Source: Pelomyxa schiedti (taxonomy: Eukaryota > Protista > Evosea). Taken from it: a DNA stretch of 64,000 nucleotides. The position numbers were made by a program, and so were the translations under genes. A model generated the notes under the pieces. It worked only from the letters and a program-made list of their open reading frames with translations. It was not told where the DNA came from and ran no database searches. The stretch is taken from the NCBI GenBank assembly GCA_020536535.1, contig JAHLWZ010000423.1, positions 187,840 through 251,839 of the forward strand, given 5' to 3'. Position 1 is the first letter of the stretch. Each line of letters opens with the position of its first letter. Shown one piece after another: positions 41,901 through 54,751 of this stretch.

Positions 41901-43257
41901 GTTTTGATCTCCTTAAAAACCATTAGGGAAAGCAAGCCATTGTCCAGTTATTGACTGACCCTCCTCCCAAATCCATGGAAAAAAGCCAAGATATCTTGAG
42001 CTTCTTTACTTGGCTTTCTACGTTTGTCTCTCAAGTCCTTATTCCATCTCTTCCTACTGGGGATACGTTGGGTGCACCTTTGGCACGTGGTGACTCACAA
42101 CAAAAACTGGAAGTTGAGAGTTCGTCGGAACCATCAACCACGAGAATTGAAGCTCCAACAACGTCAGCCCCACCTGAACCTTCAACACAGAAGTCTACTA
42201 TTGTAAATCTGAAAAAAGTAACCAACAAGCCCGCATCTGATCCATCAATGCCCCCTCCCAGTACAGTAGATATTCAAAAGCGGCCTGTACCTATCTCTAC
42301 ACCAGCACCCACTCCGAGGATAGCAAAGCCAACAACCAGTACTCCTAATACCCATGTTCCAAATGTTCCAGCCACAGACAACATGCCAACAGCAGTTGAA
42401 ATGAATTATGGAGTACCAGGTGAGCCAACTGCCCTGATCTCAACTGGGCACCTCTCCACTATCCCCCCTGTTATGGATACAGATGTAACCTCGGGTCACG
42501 TTCCCGCCTTAATTCCTGTTGACGCACTCCCTACAGAGACTGCTAATCTTATGCCTCCTTCAAATACAGAGGCAGCAGTCCCGCCCCCATCTGTACCTAT
42601 TACCATAGCCTCTCCAGTACCCGTACTCACCATTCCCACAACCATGTCTCCTTCCCTTCTCCCACCCACACCAACCATTTGCACAACATCCCTTTCTGCA
42701 TCTACCAACCTACCGTCCCCTCTGGAATCCTCCTTGGAGTCATCTACCACAAACGCGATTGCTCCACAGGTACTCGAACATGGTGTGGCTTCTCCATTAT
42801 CGGGTGAATTCAGCAAAGGCCCACAGATCCCGGAAGAAGAAACTGACTTGATAGAGGGAAATGAAGATAGTGAAGCTGCACTCCCAAGTCATTCAGTTTC
42901 AGTGCAACTTTTCAAAACTAACCAAAGTTACAACAGAAAGAACGCGTGAAGAAGCTGGCCTAGACCAAGAAGTGTCAAAATCGAAACGCAAGTGCACAAC
43001 CGCTCAACCAGTAACACCCCCACAGTCGGGAATAGCATCACCCACACCAGAGGAGAAGTCGGGAATTTCATCTGTAGAAGATGCAGAACTATTTCAGTTA
43101 CCTCCGGAAACCACCAACCCCCCAGACACAGAACTACCAACAAACGAGCCCGAGGAAGGACAAACACCCACGGAGCCAAGTGACGCAAAGACTGAAGACA
43201 CTGAGGAGTATGATTATTTCTGATTCCACTTTTTACTAACCCTTTTACAGTAGTTGA
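35952..43257 (+). CDS. TPR: Nucleoprotein TPR/MLP1-like coiled-coil nuclear basket protein (many exons)
   Basis: Long coiled-coil exons. SFSDIQ/SLQEKNQQLLLTVHRL and AKMREEMEKALQREDTLRKQCQIFKDLY resemble TPR (f.nI.ELQ.qNq.LL...reL; qRDmYr.L). The C-terminus is S/T/P/E-rich and disordered. The last intron is 43208-43250. Confidence 0.8.
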
Positions 43258-43438
43258 AGGCAATGTAAAGTGATGAATTGGCTGGATTGAAGAGGACTTT
43301 TTTTTGTATACAAAGCGCCAAGGGACGGATTGTTACTACACCTTGTGGCCATATTTTCGGTGGTAAATTCTGTCGTGATACAGAAAGCCACAACAAAATT
43401 TTTATTTTAAACGTATCACTCTCTAGCCTAAAACAAAA

Positions 43439-45221
43439 ATGTGGCGAAACGGTGCCGTTTCCCCAAGTGATGAGTCGCAAACAGCCAAGAGCGCAACCGA
43501 AACCACCGCGTCACCAGTCCTGCAACAACAGCCTCAGCCTCAATCGCCGTTACCAGGGGGCGAAACGGGAGGAGGGACTACTCCTCCGACTACGTTTAGC
43601 TGTCCAATATGCTCGAGGAAGTTTAACTCGGAGGCGGCGGTGATGAGGCACGTGGACGACTGCCTTACGGAGCAGTCGATGATCGGCGAGGGGGGGCAAA
43701 CCAACGAGCCCAGGGTCGGTACCCCTCCTTTGACCAGTTGGAGCGCCGGCTCTCGCGCCCGCGACGAAGTGAGTTCCAGTACTGGGTCGGAGGTTTCTGG
43801 GGAACCTTCATTTAGGGAAATTGGCAGGAAGTTGGGTTTTGGCTGGGGGTCAAAGGGGCCAAGTGGCAGGGAGACCTTCAGTGGGAGTAATTGGGAAGAG
43901 CAAGAGTCTGGAGACCCTCGTTTGAAACTGGATTGGTCTACTCCCGGCCCGCTTAAGCCGCTACCTCCTGGTGACTCTGGATTCGATTCGGACAGCAGTG
44001 AAGATGAAGGAGACGTTTTTGATGCAATATCACCAGTACATGTGGAGAACAACGGGGCTATCAAGTTCAAGTGTCCATATTGTATGTTGACCTGTCTGTA
44101 TCCACTCGTCTACCGCCTGACAAATACTTAGATGGGTGCCTGAGGGAACTTGAAGCAGCCCGTCTCCTAAGGCACATCATGAGACGGCACACTAGGGGCT
44201 CACAGGCATACGCCTGTCCTATATGTGACTATGGTAAAGTGAGTTAAGCCTCCACAGCCAAAATCGTTTTTAATAAGTAAAAAACAAGATTGAGAGATAC
44301 CGCGTAGACTCGAGCACAAACCTACTCTTCCACATCACTAGTGCTCACGCGTCTGAACTGATGCCGCCAAAGAGGAATGCCCTAGCCCCAGAGCAATTTT
44401 TACCCGCATCTTCCAATACATTACCTCCACAGTCGCCACACAGCCCATACACCTACAGACCCTCCTCATACACACACGCACTACCAACATTGAGCCCCTT
44501 CCCTGCAGTAGACCCACCCAAGTTATCATACTCCTCTTCGCCACAACCCTCACTAACGTCACACCTCCCCCCGTATCCTGCCCATCTCATCACTCCCAGC
44601 CTGGGTGCTCCTCAACTCCCACTTCCTCAGACTCCTGATAGTGGAAGCCTCAGTAGTCGTATGGAGCATTTATTGGCCTTACAGAGGAAAATATCGCCCC
44701 AGGGTCCTGAACTTCATAGCCCAAGTACAACTGTCCCCGAGCCAATTCCCGAGACATGGCGTGCTGGCATTCGCCCAAGTTTGCAAGAATTTATCGAACC
44801 TAGCACTTCCAGCTGGAAGCTGCCGCCAGGGACAGCTTCCTTATCAAATCCTCTCAATCCAATGAAGCCGTATGCGCCCGCACACACGAATCCAGGTTGT
44901 TTTTACACTGCAATTCGCAACTGACCATTCCACGTAGATCTTGGCACTGAGGAGGAAGATCTATACAGCAGTGAGCCCAGTGAACCAAGTGGCAGTAAAC
45001 AAGACATGTTTGCCGGGTTTACATACAAGCCCAGCACGGAAAAACGCAGCACAGCTGAAAGCCTTCGTCTTTCTGAGATGCTGCGTCGTTCACCTCCCAT
45101 CTATGGACCGAGTGTGATACAAGCAGATGAACCCACCCGCCAAGATCTCGTCACTGCCCTCCATTTGTTTATCAAAGATGGCCCAGATCCACCCTCTTCT
45201 GTAATCGACATTCTTGTATAG
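43439..45221 (+). CDS. Multi-zinc-finger protein: UBZ-type finger, C2H2 and Di19-like fingers, Pro-rich region, C-terminal AGC-kinase-tail-like hydrophobic motif
   Basis: FSCPICSRKF...VMRHVDDC (UBZ); CPY.GC...HIMRRH; YACPIC...NLLFHITSAH; ...KPYAP...QDMFAGFTYKP. Confidence 0.7.
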
Positions 45222-45340
45222 TACCAACATTATGAAGTTGGAACAGAAAATATCTGCACTGCTAATCACATGACACCTTAATTTGCCGGACCTTTTTTTT
45301 TGACCGAAACACAAAAAAACAATCAAAGTCGAAACAAATC

Positions 45341-47907
45341 ATGGCCAGCACAGAGCACGTACCGACAACAGCGGAGCCATCTGCGACAGCGACAGGAGGC
45401 TCTGCGTCACACACGACAGCACCACCGGCTCATAATCCTTGGGGAAAGAGCACTGCGGCTGCACCCCAGCAGCAGCCGCAACCACAACAACGTGCGAAGA
45501 AGTCCGAAAAAGGGAGGCGCGAGGAGCACCAGCCGTCTCTGGCACATATAATGAATGAGGAAAAGACCCGGAAGCACCAAGAGGACACAGATCGAGCTTT
45601 GGCTGTGGCGTTGAGTGAGGCTCTCAATTCGGGGCCACCACCGCAATCAACACCCGGCGGTGCACACAAAAAAAGGTCGAAAGGCGGCCGGAAAACCCCA
45701 GAACACGTTGCATCAAACACGCCTACTCGCGATCATCCCACAAGTGATGCGCCTGCCACTGTCAACACACAACCCTCTAGTGTGGCACATGAGCCAGTGG
45801 CAGTGCCCAAGGCAGACCCAACTACAAAAGAACCGGCTGTAGTGTATGTCTATCCTTACAGGAGTGATTTCGGTAACTATGTTCCAGAGACAAAGTTAGT
45901 GATGAAGACTTAGCAAGAAAACTAAGTGAACAAGAGGACTATTTGTATGCCCTTCGTCTTCAGGAGTCCCTAGATAATCCCCCCGCCGATAGTGAAGTTA
46001 GCCAACGTAACGAGACAGGTAATAGCCACAATTTCTTTGATTTTATTTACATCTTCAGTTGTCACGGTTCATAAAACAAGGGAGACACCCTCCCACCACG
46101 CACGGGCCGCGCCACCATTAAAACACGAGGCCTCTGATTCGGAAGACAGTGATGATGGATTCACTGTGGTACAGAAGCCTGGTAAAAAGAGTTTGGCGAC
46201 AAAGCATGACCCCGTTCTCTGTGGGAAGAAGAATGCCAAACGATTACAGGAAGTGTGGTGCCAGTTTTTACACCTAATTACTCAATCAAGCACAGGTTTT
46301 GGATGGGGATATGAGGAATCTATCGATTGATAACCCCACATTCAATTTATTGGTTAAGCACGCCAAAAGAGAAGAGAGTAGAAGGTATGTCTTGTGCCTG
46401 TTTCAGTAGAAACCGATGCCCATCAACCTAGGATTCGCGTCAAAGGAAAGGAGGATACAACCACTTCTGAGCAAGTACTTGATACGCAGACAAGATTAAT
46501 TATTTTGAAAGTAAGTGTAGAAGGAGCAACCAACTCCCTAACGATCCTTTGTAGCTTATTAACAAAGATCTCATTTCTGACATTAGTGGAGTTCTAAGTA
46601 CCGGGAAAGAAGCGAGTGTCTACCATGCTAAACGGGGCAGGTGACAAGTATCTCAAATTTGCCGTTTGTTCACATGAAAGCAGTTATACCGATGCTAACT
46701 CGCCACCACAATCCTGTACTGAGTATGCAATCAAAGTTTTCCGGACAATCAATGAATACAAACATCGCGATGTATACCTTGACGGACAATTCTTGCAGCA
46801 GTTTATTGCTTCAAAGCGCAAGCCCAAGAAGTGCCTCAAACTATGGGCACAAAAGGAACTCCAGAACTTGCGAAGGTATACCATCATCACCTCGTATTAC
46901 GCGTCACCATAGATCAGAATTCACCGAGCTGGTCTCCCTTGCCCTCAGCCTGTTGGTCTTTTTTCACATGTACTGGTCATGCAGTTCATAGGCGCGAATG
47001 GATACCCAGCCCCCACTCTCAATGTATCCACCTTTCTTTAGCACAATTCACTAAGTTGCTCAGGATGCGGATATACCACCGGAATCCCTTGGCACTCTTT
47101 ACTTACAATGCGCTGATTTGATGCGCAAACTATTTCAGAAATGCAATTTAGTTCATGCCGATTTTTCTCCGTTTAATATACTGTACATTTGCTTATCTTT
47201 TGTAATTAGTTCTAACACTTGAAAGCTACTACGAAGATCAAATGTATGTCATTGACGTGGCTCAGGCAGTCCTCAATGATCACAGAAACGCGATGGATTT
47301 TCTTCGCCGTATGCTGCCCTTTTCTGTGGTTTGTCCCAACTAATGGTAATCCAGGGGATTGCGAAAATATAACTCGTTTCTTTAAAGGCCGAGGTCAAAC
47401 ACAGCAGTAAGGAAAAAGCTTTCACTTAAACTTCATAGGTGTGCCAAATGTTGCTAGTGTGCACAGGCTTTTCGATTTTATTTGCAATCCAAGTATTCCC
47501 GAGGAACTTGTAAGTGAGAAATTACAAGAGCTCACTTCCACACCTGACACCACTCCATCTGAGGTATTACCCCCCCTTGAAACACTTACACCCAACACTC
47601 AAACAGGTTGATGACGCTGTGTTCTTGCGTTCATACATGCCTCGCTCCCTGTAAGAACCCACTTCACAGTATTGGTGGTCTAACGTAACTTAGAGCCGAT
47701 GTTAAAGACCCCGCACAGGCCATCGAAGGTGTTCAGCAAGGTGACCCTGATTCCATCTCCCACCTCACTGTTAGTGGGATAACCCCAGGGATGGTCTTGG
47801 GTATTGACGAAGAAGACGACGAGGAAGATGAAGATGAAGAGGAGGAGGAAGACGAGGCAGAAGGAGGGGAAAGCATTTTCGTCAAGGAGAATACACAACA
47901 TTCTTAA
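45341..47907 (+). CDS. RIOK3: RIO-family atypical kinase, RIOK3-like (long N-terminal extension with UIM-like helix)
   Basis: SLAHIMNEE...DRALAVALSE; TKHDPVLCGKKNAKRL (RIOK3-like TKHD...GRKN); EQVLDTQTRLII; STGKEASVYHA; EYAIKVFRT; WAQKELQNL; LVHADFS; YVIDVAQAV; acidic tail. Confidence 0.8.
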
Positions 47908-47971
47908 AACATTTGGATACATAAAAGATACAATTTTGTATTTAGAAGAACAAAAAGAAAAACACCCTCTA

Positions 47972-49409
47972 TCAACTGGAGGAAGAGGATGAAGAGGCTA
48001 CTCTCTCACCGGTGTTTGTGGGTGCACCAGAACGCTTCCGTCGGGCACAGACTGCCACAATTTCTTGCAGTACATCCGCAGAGAGTTGTTTGAATTGAGA
48101 TGAGGTAAACAACTGGTCTGCGTTATCGGATAAGAAGAGCATACAACGTCGTCGTAACCCTACAGCCGTTGGGCACTGCATGGCCGCAGCAAGTCTATCA
48201 TATACATTATCAGCAGTTAAGGTAGAGGCTAACCTGTTCGCTGTTAAGGGATTCACTTTGCTGGAATGAAGCCATGAGAATTACCTATTTTCACAACATC
48301 CTCGTAGACCTGGTATATCGTATCTATCAGCTGTAAGAAGCAGGGATATTCCTTGTGTTTCATAGACGCTGCTGGAGCTTACGCGCCCGGAGTACATAAA
48401 ATACAGTAGCTCTTGGAAAACCTCATGGGCCAGTCAATTGGGTGTGAAAAAGAAAGTGGACGAACATCGGGTTCGACTTCCTCTATCGCAACCTCGCCAG
48501 TTGTTGCTTCTTTCATCCCGCTTAGTCAGATTTAACAAAAAAAGACAAAAAAAAAGTTGTACCTATCAAGCATAGCTTTCATTACTGGAGATCTTGCATA
48601 AAGGATCCCTCTATTTTCAATTTAGTAACAGGTTTAAGAGAATTTTTGGGACCCACTTATGAGCTGAAAATCTTCTTCCACGCACATTAAATCTAATGTC
48701 AGCTCCAAATCCACTTTTAAGTAGAGCAGCCATGTCGTCAGCTAAAGTGTCTGCTACTGGGGTGTGAAGGGCCACAGTATTGAGGGTCTCAGTGATTACA
48801 GTTAATCTTAAATGGACTGTCAATGTATCATCAACTAGTCGTGGCAGCAAGTCATCTGCCCTCACAATCTGAGCAAGACCCCAGGCTGTGCTGATGCGTT
48901 GAGAATCATCAGACTTTCTTCCAAAGACTACTGCTGCGTGTTCGTTTTTACAAGCAAGGGAAGCATTTCCACTTCGCAATTCAATACTATAGGTAACCTT
49001 TTATAAATGTTGGCTTCCAAAACAAAACCAAAAAGTGTTATTCAAGTTCACAAAGATCCCAACAAACCTTTATCCGGTCTTCCGTGCCAAGGTAATACAA
49101 GTACCATCCACAAAATCCTTGATTCTCACCGCCACAACCACGCGGATAGCACTGCATCTTCCACCTCTCTCCTGCAGCATCAAAAGCCGGCGTGTAGAAA
49201 TAGGGCTGAGCAATCATGCTATACTTTTTTATAGCGCACGTAAAAGCACCGTCCACAGAGGCAACTTCAAGCACACAATCGCAGTCCTTCCCGTCGCGGT
49301 CACTACAAACGGCGAAAAGAGATCCAGATCCCGACGACGAATACGAAGAATACGACGGAGACGACGAAGTAGGTGAGGCAGATACTATTGGCGACGCCGA
49401 ATATGACAT
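47972..49409 (-). CDS. MATH-BTB(-BACK) protein, SPOP-like Cullin-3 adaptor
   Basis: MATH: FTCAIKKYS...FYTPAF...WKMQCYPRG...WGLAQIV...DDTLTV. BTB: DDMAALLKSG.GADIRFNVRGRRFSAHK...FQELLYFMYSG...ADRYDIPGL. BACK-like: LTADNV...LRRRCMLFL. Confidence 0.9.
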
Positions 49410-49567
49410 CCTGCCGGTGTGTCCGCGCCGAGCGTTGATGACTTTTTTAATTTGTAACAAAATGAAACGCGAAAGGGTTTCTTTTTACAAAACGAAAAAA
49501 ATAGATGTCAATTAGTGCCAGGAAGTGCCAAAAAACAAAAAAAAAAAAGGGAGGCTTGTAGCCCACG

Positions 49568-52500
49568 TCAAGGTGCTGCTGTGACGAGAATGAGGCCTCT
49601 TAGGACTCCCACAGGATACGCATGCCTGAGTATCTCTACTTCGAACTTGCATGCCACTCCAGTACTGTGTGTGGAGGAGGCTGATGCAGAGTCTATGGAC
49701 TCCCCAATGGGTATTGCGGAGTGACCTGTTTTGTTTCTTGGTTATTATGTTGTTGGAAAAACCTGGAAGTACAAACCGTAGATGTGGCTTGCAGTTTGAA
49801 CTTGCACAAAGAGGTGCTGTCTCACATAGTACTCTGGGTCAGGTACATGGGCAAGGAGCTGTGGTATATCTCGGTCTGCCCAACACAAGCCTCCAGTTCC
49901 TTCAGCACCTCTAAGAGTGTGTTAACTATTCATTCTAGTATAGTTCGCATTATTACGGGGTGCTCGGGCGTGATTGCCAGTTTCTTTCTGGATTTAAAAA
50001 CGGGGCTCTGAATAAAAGTACGAGATCTTCATAAGTATGAGGGTTGTACAAAGTTATAAAAACTGTTAACCTGTTGCAGGTGGAGCAAGGTCTTCAGGTG
50101 TTGATTCGGAGGTTGGTGGGGTAGCTGAGGCTGATGCGGTGGAAGTGGTGGAAGTGGAAGCTACTGTAGTCGACATTAATGAAGGATGAAGTGCATTAGC
50201 AGGATAAAGAACAGCTGTAACACTCGTGATAGTGATGGAGAAAGGAGTCTCCAACAAAGGTGACGGCGCAAGCTGAGTGGTGGTAGTAAAAACACTAAAT
50301 ACAGGACTGTGATCACTTGACGTCAGCAAATCACAACAAAAATATTGTTTTTGCTCAAGTGGTGCCGCCCCTGGAAGAGTTTTCCACAGTACCCTATCAC
50401 ACCATGCTGGTATGCGCTTCTTCTATTAAAGACGTAAGCTTGATTCTAGTTAGTATTAAACGTCTAACCTTTCCTCCAGTGTCATAATCGCGCGTGCCCA
50501 CATGATATTTATATGTAGGACGGAACAGCAGCTCCCCTTCCTGGAAACCGTAGAACACTGCGTTTTTCGCTCTCTGAGCAATTAACTGATCTGCCTCAAC
50601 CAAATGTCGCCAATCAGAGTTTTGAATAAGTTCTAAGGTCTTTTCCTTGGAGAGGTCAATCCTTGTTGATGTGAAAAAATGAAAGGTATTACGGCTTGTT
50701 ACCGGTAGTTCAGATCACCACACCAAATAACGTGGTCAAACTGTTGCAAAATATTGAATTTATTCATGCCCAGGTCCAAATTACTGGCTATAGTGTGAAA
50801 ATGTTTATTACGTTCATCAACTCGGCTCTGGTTCATGTAAAAAAAGGAAAAAAGTTTAAAGGTTCTCACCTGATGGGCAGCAAGGTGTGACCCAATGAAG
50901 CAGAAGCTAGTATCATGGAACTGAAATGCCACTGCTGTTGAAGGGTTATTTACTTTTTTAGTTGAAAAACCATTCTACCAACAGCTCCCTTGTTGCCCAA
51001 AACAGTGGCTATTCCGGTATTTTCTGAGCTGTGCTGTATTCAAGTTATGGAGTGCCAGAAGAGTTTTAAATTACCTCAATATTTCTTATCTTCGCTATGT
51101 GAGAATTGTGAACAAAAACGGCCATCTTGACAGTCAAAATTGAAACCACTTTTGTTTGCACGATTAGAGAATTTAGATAACTTACGTGCACACAAACATA
51201 CGCACATTCAAGCCGTAAATAATCAGCACCAAGGTGCTCAATCACTTTTTCGAAGAGACTTTCGTACATGCACTCCTGAGCACATACAACGACAATATCA
51301 AAGTGATGTCCAGTGGGAATCCATAAAGAGACTGGTTGTTGTGGAGCAGCTCCACCTTGACCAAGGTAAAGTTAGATACTAGTGGGAAACTGCACGCAGA
51401 GACCACACCCATATTCCAGGTCCCTACGAAAATTTTTACTTGTTCCACCCGAGGCATCTTGATGTACCTTAGGACACCTTCTATATAACTGAAAGCTCTA
51501 CCTTTGTAGTCAACATCATATTACATTGCCCAAGCCAACAAAGCCCGTAAAATCGCTCTCGTTGAACTTGGTTTATGAAACAGAGGTTCACATCATCAGT
51601 TGTTCTCATTCGCAGGGTTACTTTCCTTGGGTCTGTCTCCGATCTTCAGAAAGAGACCAATTAAACTAGGCGAGGCCAGCTAAGTGTATACCTTACAGCT
51701 TGCAAAATTTGAGAGAATAACCACTGCTCTTTGTTTTTGTGTCGGACTTTGCAAAATCGAGTTATAATGCCGGTAGATAAATTGACTATGGGAATGTTAC
51801 CCAAGTTACTTTCCCAGTTAAAGAGAGAGGGGAAAAGCCTTCGAGGGATCGTTTTTTCCGTGTAGTACCAATCCACACTTCAAAGGGAAAAATGTGAGCC
51901 TGTGAAAGGGTAATTTTATTTTTGAATTGGGATCAGTCTACCAGAATCCTATCTTGGAGTTTGATATAGAAGCTTGCCAGTCGGTGCTGCATTTTATTTT
52001 CCTCTGTAAGAAACAAAAAAAAGTCCCAAGAAGATGAGAAACCTTCACTTCAGCCGACTTTTCCTCAGTGGCCAAACTGGCCTTCATACCAGGAGGGGCC
52101 ATGCTCACTGATTTTCCCGCGGAGCCCAGTTTCCCATCATGTACAATTTTGTCGCCTCCGCTCGCGTCAGTACCGGGTGCGGTCGGTACCAACGGCTCGC
52201 TTGTAGAAATCAGCGTCACTTTTGCCGCCGATTCTCCTCCCGTTTCGCTGTTATCGCTCGTACTAGTGCTAGTAGTAGTAGTAGTCGTTGACGTCGTAGT
52301 AGCCGTGTGTGGTGTGGAGTTTTCTGCGTGATTTTCTTCAGCGGCCGCCGTTGTGCGGTGCGGCGATTGTGACTTCCGCGTCGCGCGTTCAGCCGTAGCA
52401 GATCCGCCCGACGAGGGGGCGGCGGCATCTCGCGCTGCCGATGTGCCATCTGCGGGAGAGGAAGGAGATCTCTTGCGCGTTTTTGCAGATCCAACGTTTG

Positions 52501-52573
52501 CTGTCGATGGATCCTTTGGCACAATGGGAGCGTAGTGCCGCCTCGCTCCGGAGTGACGATCTCCGGACGACAT
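49568..52573 (-). CDS. Inositol polyphosphate 5-phosphatase, SHIP-like (PH-like + IPPc + C2; no SH2 seen)
   Basis: IFVGTWNMG; TSFCFIGSHLAAH; FDHVIWCGDLNYR; FQEGELLFRPTYKY; PAWCDR; SSDHSPVFSVF. The C-terminal VPDPEYYVRQHL...GE...H..VG.L.G resembles the SHIP C2 domain (DPEYLLDQHI). Confidence 0.88.
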
Positions 52574-52703
52574 CGCGTGATTCGTTGGTTTTTTTTTTTG
52601 GGGTTTCGAACAACCAGTTTTCGGTTCTTCCCCCTTCAAAGAAACTCAAATCTGCACCTTTTTATTTCCTTTGATCTGGCTTGTGATTTTGAAGAACCAA
52701 TCA
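52574..52703. promoter_or_regulatory. Putative 130-bp bidirectional promoter between the 5-phosphatase and Ras
   Basis: Head-to-head starts at 52573 (-) and 52704 (+). Confidence 0.45.
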
Positions 52704-53464
52704 ATGGAATACAAGGTGGTTGTCGTTGGTGGCGGCGGCGTTGGAAAATCGTCGTTGACCATACAATTCATTCAGGGACACTTCATTGAGGGTGTGTGTG
52801 AGTCTATTGGTGGTTCACTTGGCTCCAATTGACCCAGTTGCTCTGTTTGTTGTTGTGCTTGCGGGGTGGTTTCCACAATTAGAGTACGACCCAACGATAG
52901 AAGACTCGTACCGCAAAAAAGTAGCAATTGACACTGAGGAGGAATCCCTGATTGACATCCTTGACACTGGTTGATAGTTTTGCCTTTTGTGGAGCTATCT
53001 TGTTTCTGACTTTTACCTTGTATGTGTTGCTTATGTGTAGCTGGACAGGATGAGTTCAGTGCCATGAGGGACCAATATATGAGAACTGGCCAAGCATTTT
53101 TGTGTGTATATGCCATTAACGCTCGATACTCATTTGATGAGATACGGACATACAGGTAATATCACTACTTTTTTCCATGTTTAATTTATGCAACAGGGAG
53201 GTAATACTCAGAGTTAAGGATGCAGACACAGTGCCAATGGTTATTTGTGGCAACAAATGCGACCTTGACTCTGAGAGACAAATATCAACCATGCAGGGAA
53301 TTGAGCTGGCCAGGAGCTTCTGCTCCCCATTCCTGGAGACCTCCGCAAAGACAGCTTTTAATGTACAAAACGCATTCTTTGAGCTCATAAGAGAATACCG
53401 GCGATCACAACCTAAGAACGCAAAGAAAGTCGTGAACAATTCCAGCAAGTGCTCCCTCCTTTAA
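52704..53464 (+). CDS. RAS: Ras small GTPase (4 exons)
   Basis: [21 protein letters not shown]; [12 protein letters not shown]; [22 protein letters not shown]; GNKCDL; ETSAK; CaaX CSLL. Confidence 0.97.
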
Positions 53465-53623
53465 AACTCTGTACGAACGGATAGAATGTAAACACCAAGC
53501 ATTTTATGTATTAATAGAGTAGCCACCCGAGTCACAAAAGCCAAAACCCAAGCCAGAAAACTACTCAAACCCAAGTCGGTACCCTCGGGTTCTAGTAATC
53601 CAAAAAATTTTTTTTTCCGGTGT

Positions 53624-54668
53624 TCAGGTGTGTTGGCTGTTTGCAATGGTCTGTGGTGTGCGAAATTGCATTAAAAATGCAGGAGAATGTGTGTTAAGGT
53701 TGTTGTTGGGTTGGATTAAGGTAGAGTGAACAGACTGTGGTGAGACTGTGGGAGATATCAAGCCAGGAAAGGAAGAACTGGGAGGCACAACAAGATTAGA
53801 TGAGGCAGACTGAGGTGCGAAGTTTGATGACACAGGGTGAGGTAAAACAGGATTGGGTAAGACTGGGTTGGCTAAAACTGACTGTGTCAAGGCAATGGTA
53901 GACAATGCAGGGTGAAGTAAATCATGGGATAAAACAGGTTGAGGCAAAGTTGAAGGCAATGACACTGGGGTGAGAACAACAGGATGAGGTTCTATGGCTG
54001 GATTGGTGTTATTTTTTGCTTTTTTTTTTTGTGGCTGGGCTTTTTGTTGGGCTCTCAATTGGGTTATTATATCCTAATTTTTATTTAATATAATTCATAA
54101 CGAATTATTATAATACTGATTCCAAAGGCACAGTGGTTGTTGCATGATAAGGAAGGGCATGTTTCTTGGAGAATAACCTCCACCAGGTCTCAGAGCATTC
54201 AGGTACAGATGTTGGTACTGTCTCTGGGTTGTGTGTTAAAATGATGTGTTTAGCCTAGAATTTCATTACTCAGTGTTGTGAAAAACCTGAATTACCTGAG
54301 CTCGAATTTCAACTTGAGTGGGATGTTCATTTGCAGTTACTTTCTCATGCATCCAAGTGAGCAATTTGTCTTTTTGAGGGGGAGTCAACAATGGTGGTCG
54401 ACCTTTTTGGCGCAAAGGACGGCCATCCCGATGAGCAAAGAAAGCTCTATGTACAACTGCTTTATCAACACCATGAATACGACTTGCTTGTGCAAAGGAA
54501 ATTCCATTGTCAAACTATTTTCACATGTATAAGTATTAAAAAAATGATAGAATTAACAACAAGATGAAGGGCTAAAGCAAGCCCAGCAGGAGTGTCATCA
54601 ATATGAAACTGTGGAGGCACAACCAAAGCCCTTACTTGCTCATCGGTATACTTAGTCTTGCGACCCAT
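53624..54668 (-). CDS. Intron-containing pogo/CENP-B-type DNA-binding protein (HTH-psq + Tc5/CENP-B HTH) with Pro-rich tail, no DDE domain
   Basis: Spliced reading: MGRKTKYTDEQ...LALALHLV/FDNGISFAQASRIHGVDKAVVHRA...KGRPPLLTPPQKDKLLTWMHE...PTQVEIRAQ/AKHIIL...ETWWRLFSKKHAL.../DIITQLRAQQK then a PVL-rich tail (ORF 53624-54058). Confidence 0.7.
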
Positions 54669-54751
54669 GGTTTTGTTTTCGGTTGTCGATCAATTTTAAC
54701 AGAATCTGTTGATGCCGATCCCGGTTTAAAAATCCCGGACTTTTTTTCGTT
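54669..54751. promoter_or_regulatory. Putative 83-bp bidirectional promoter between the HTH gene and the Sel1-caspase gene
   Basis: Head-to-head starts at 54668 (-) and 54752 (+). Confidence 0.4.

Noticed and set aside
43278-43360. RING-like fragment 'IVTTPCGHIFG' upstream of the zinc-finger gene
   Set aside because: The first Cys pair and the following Cys are missing and there is no in-frame ATG. It is likely a chance match in the UTR/intergenic region.
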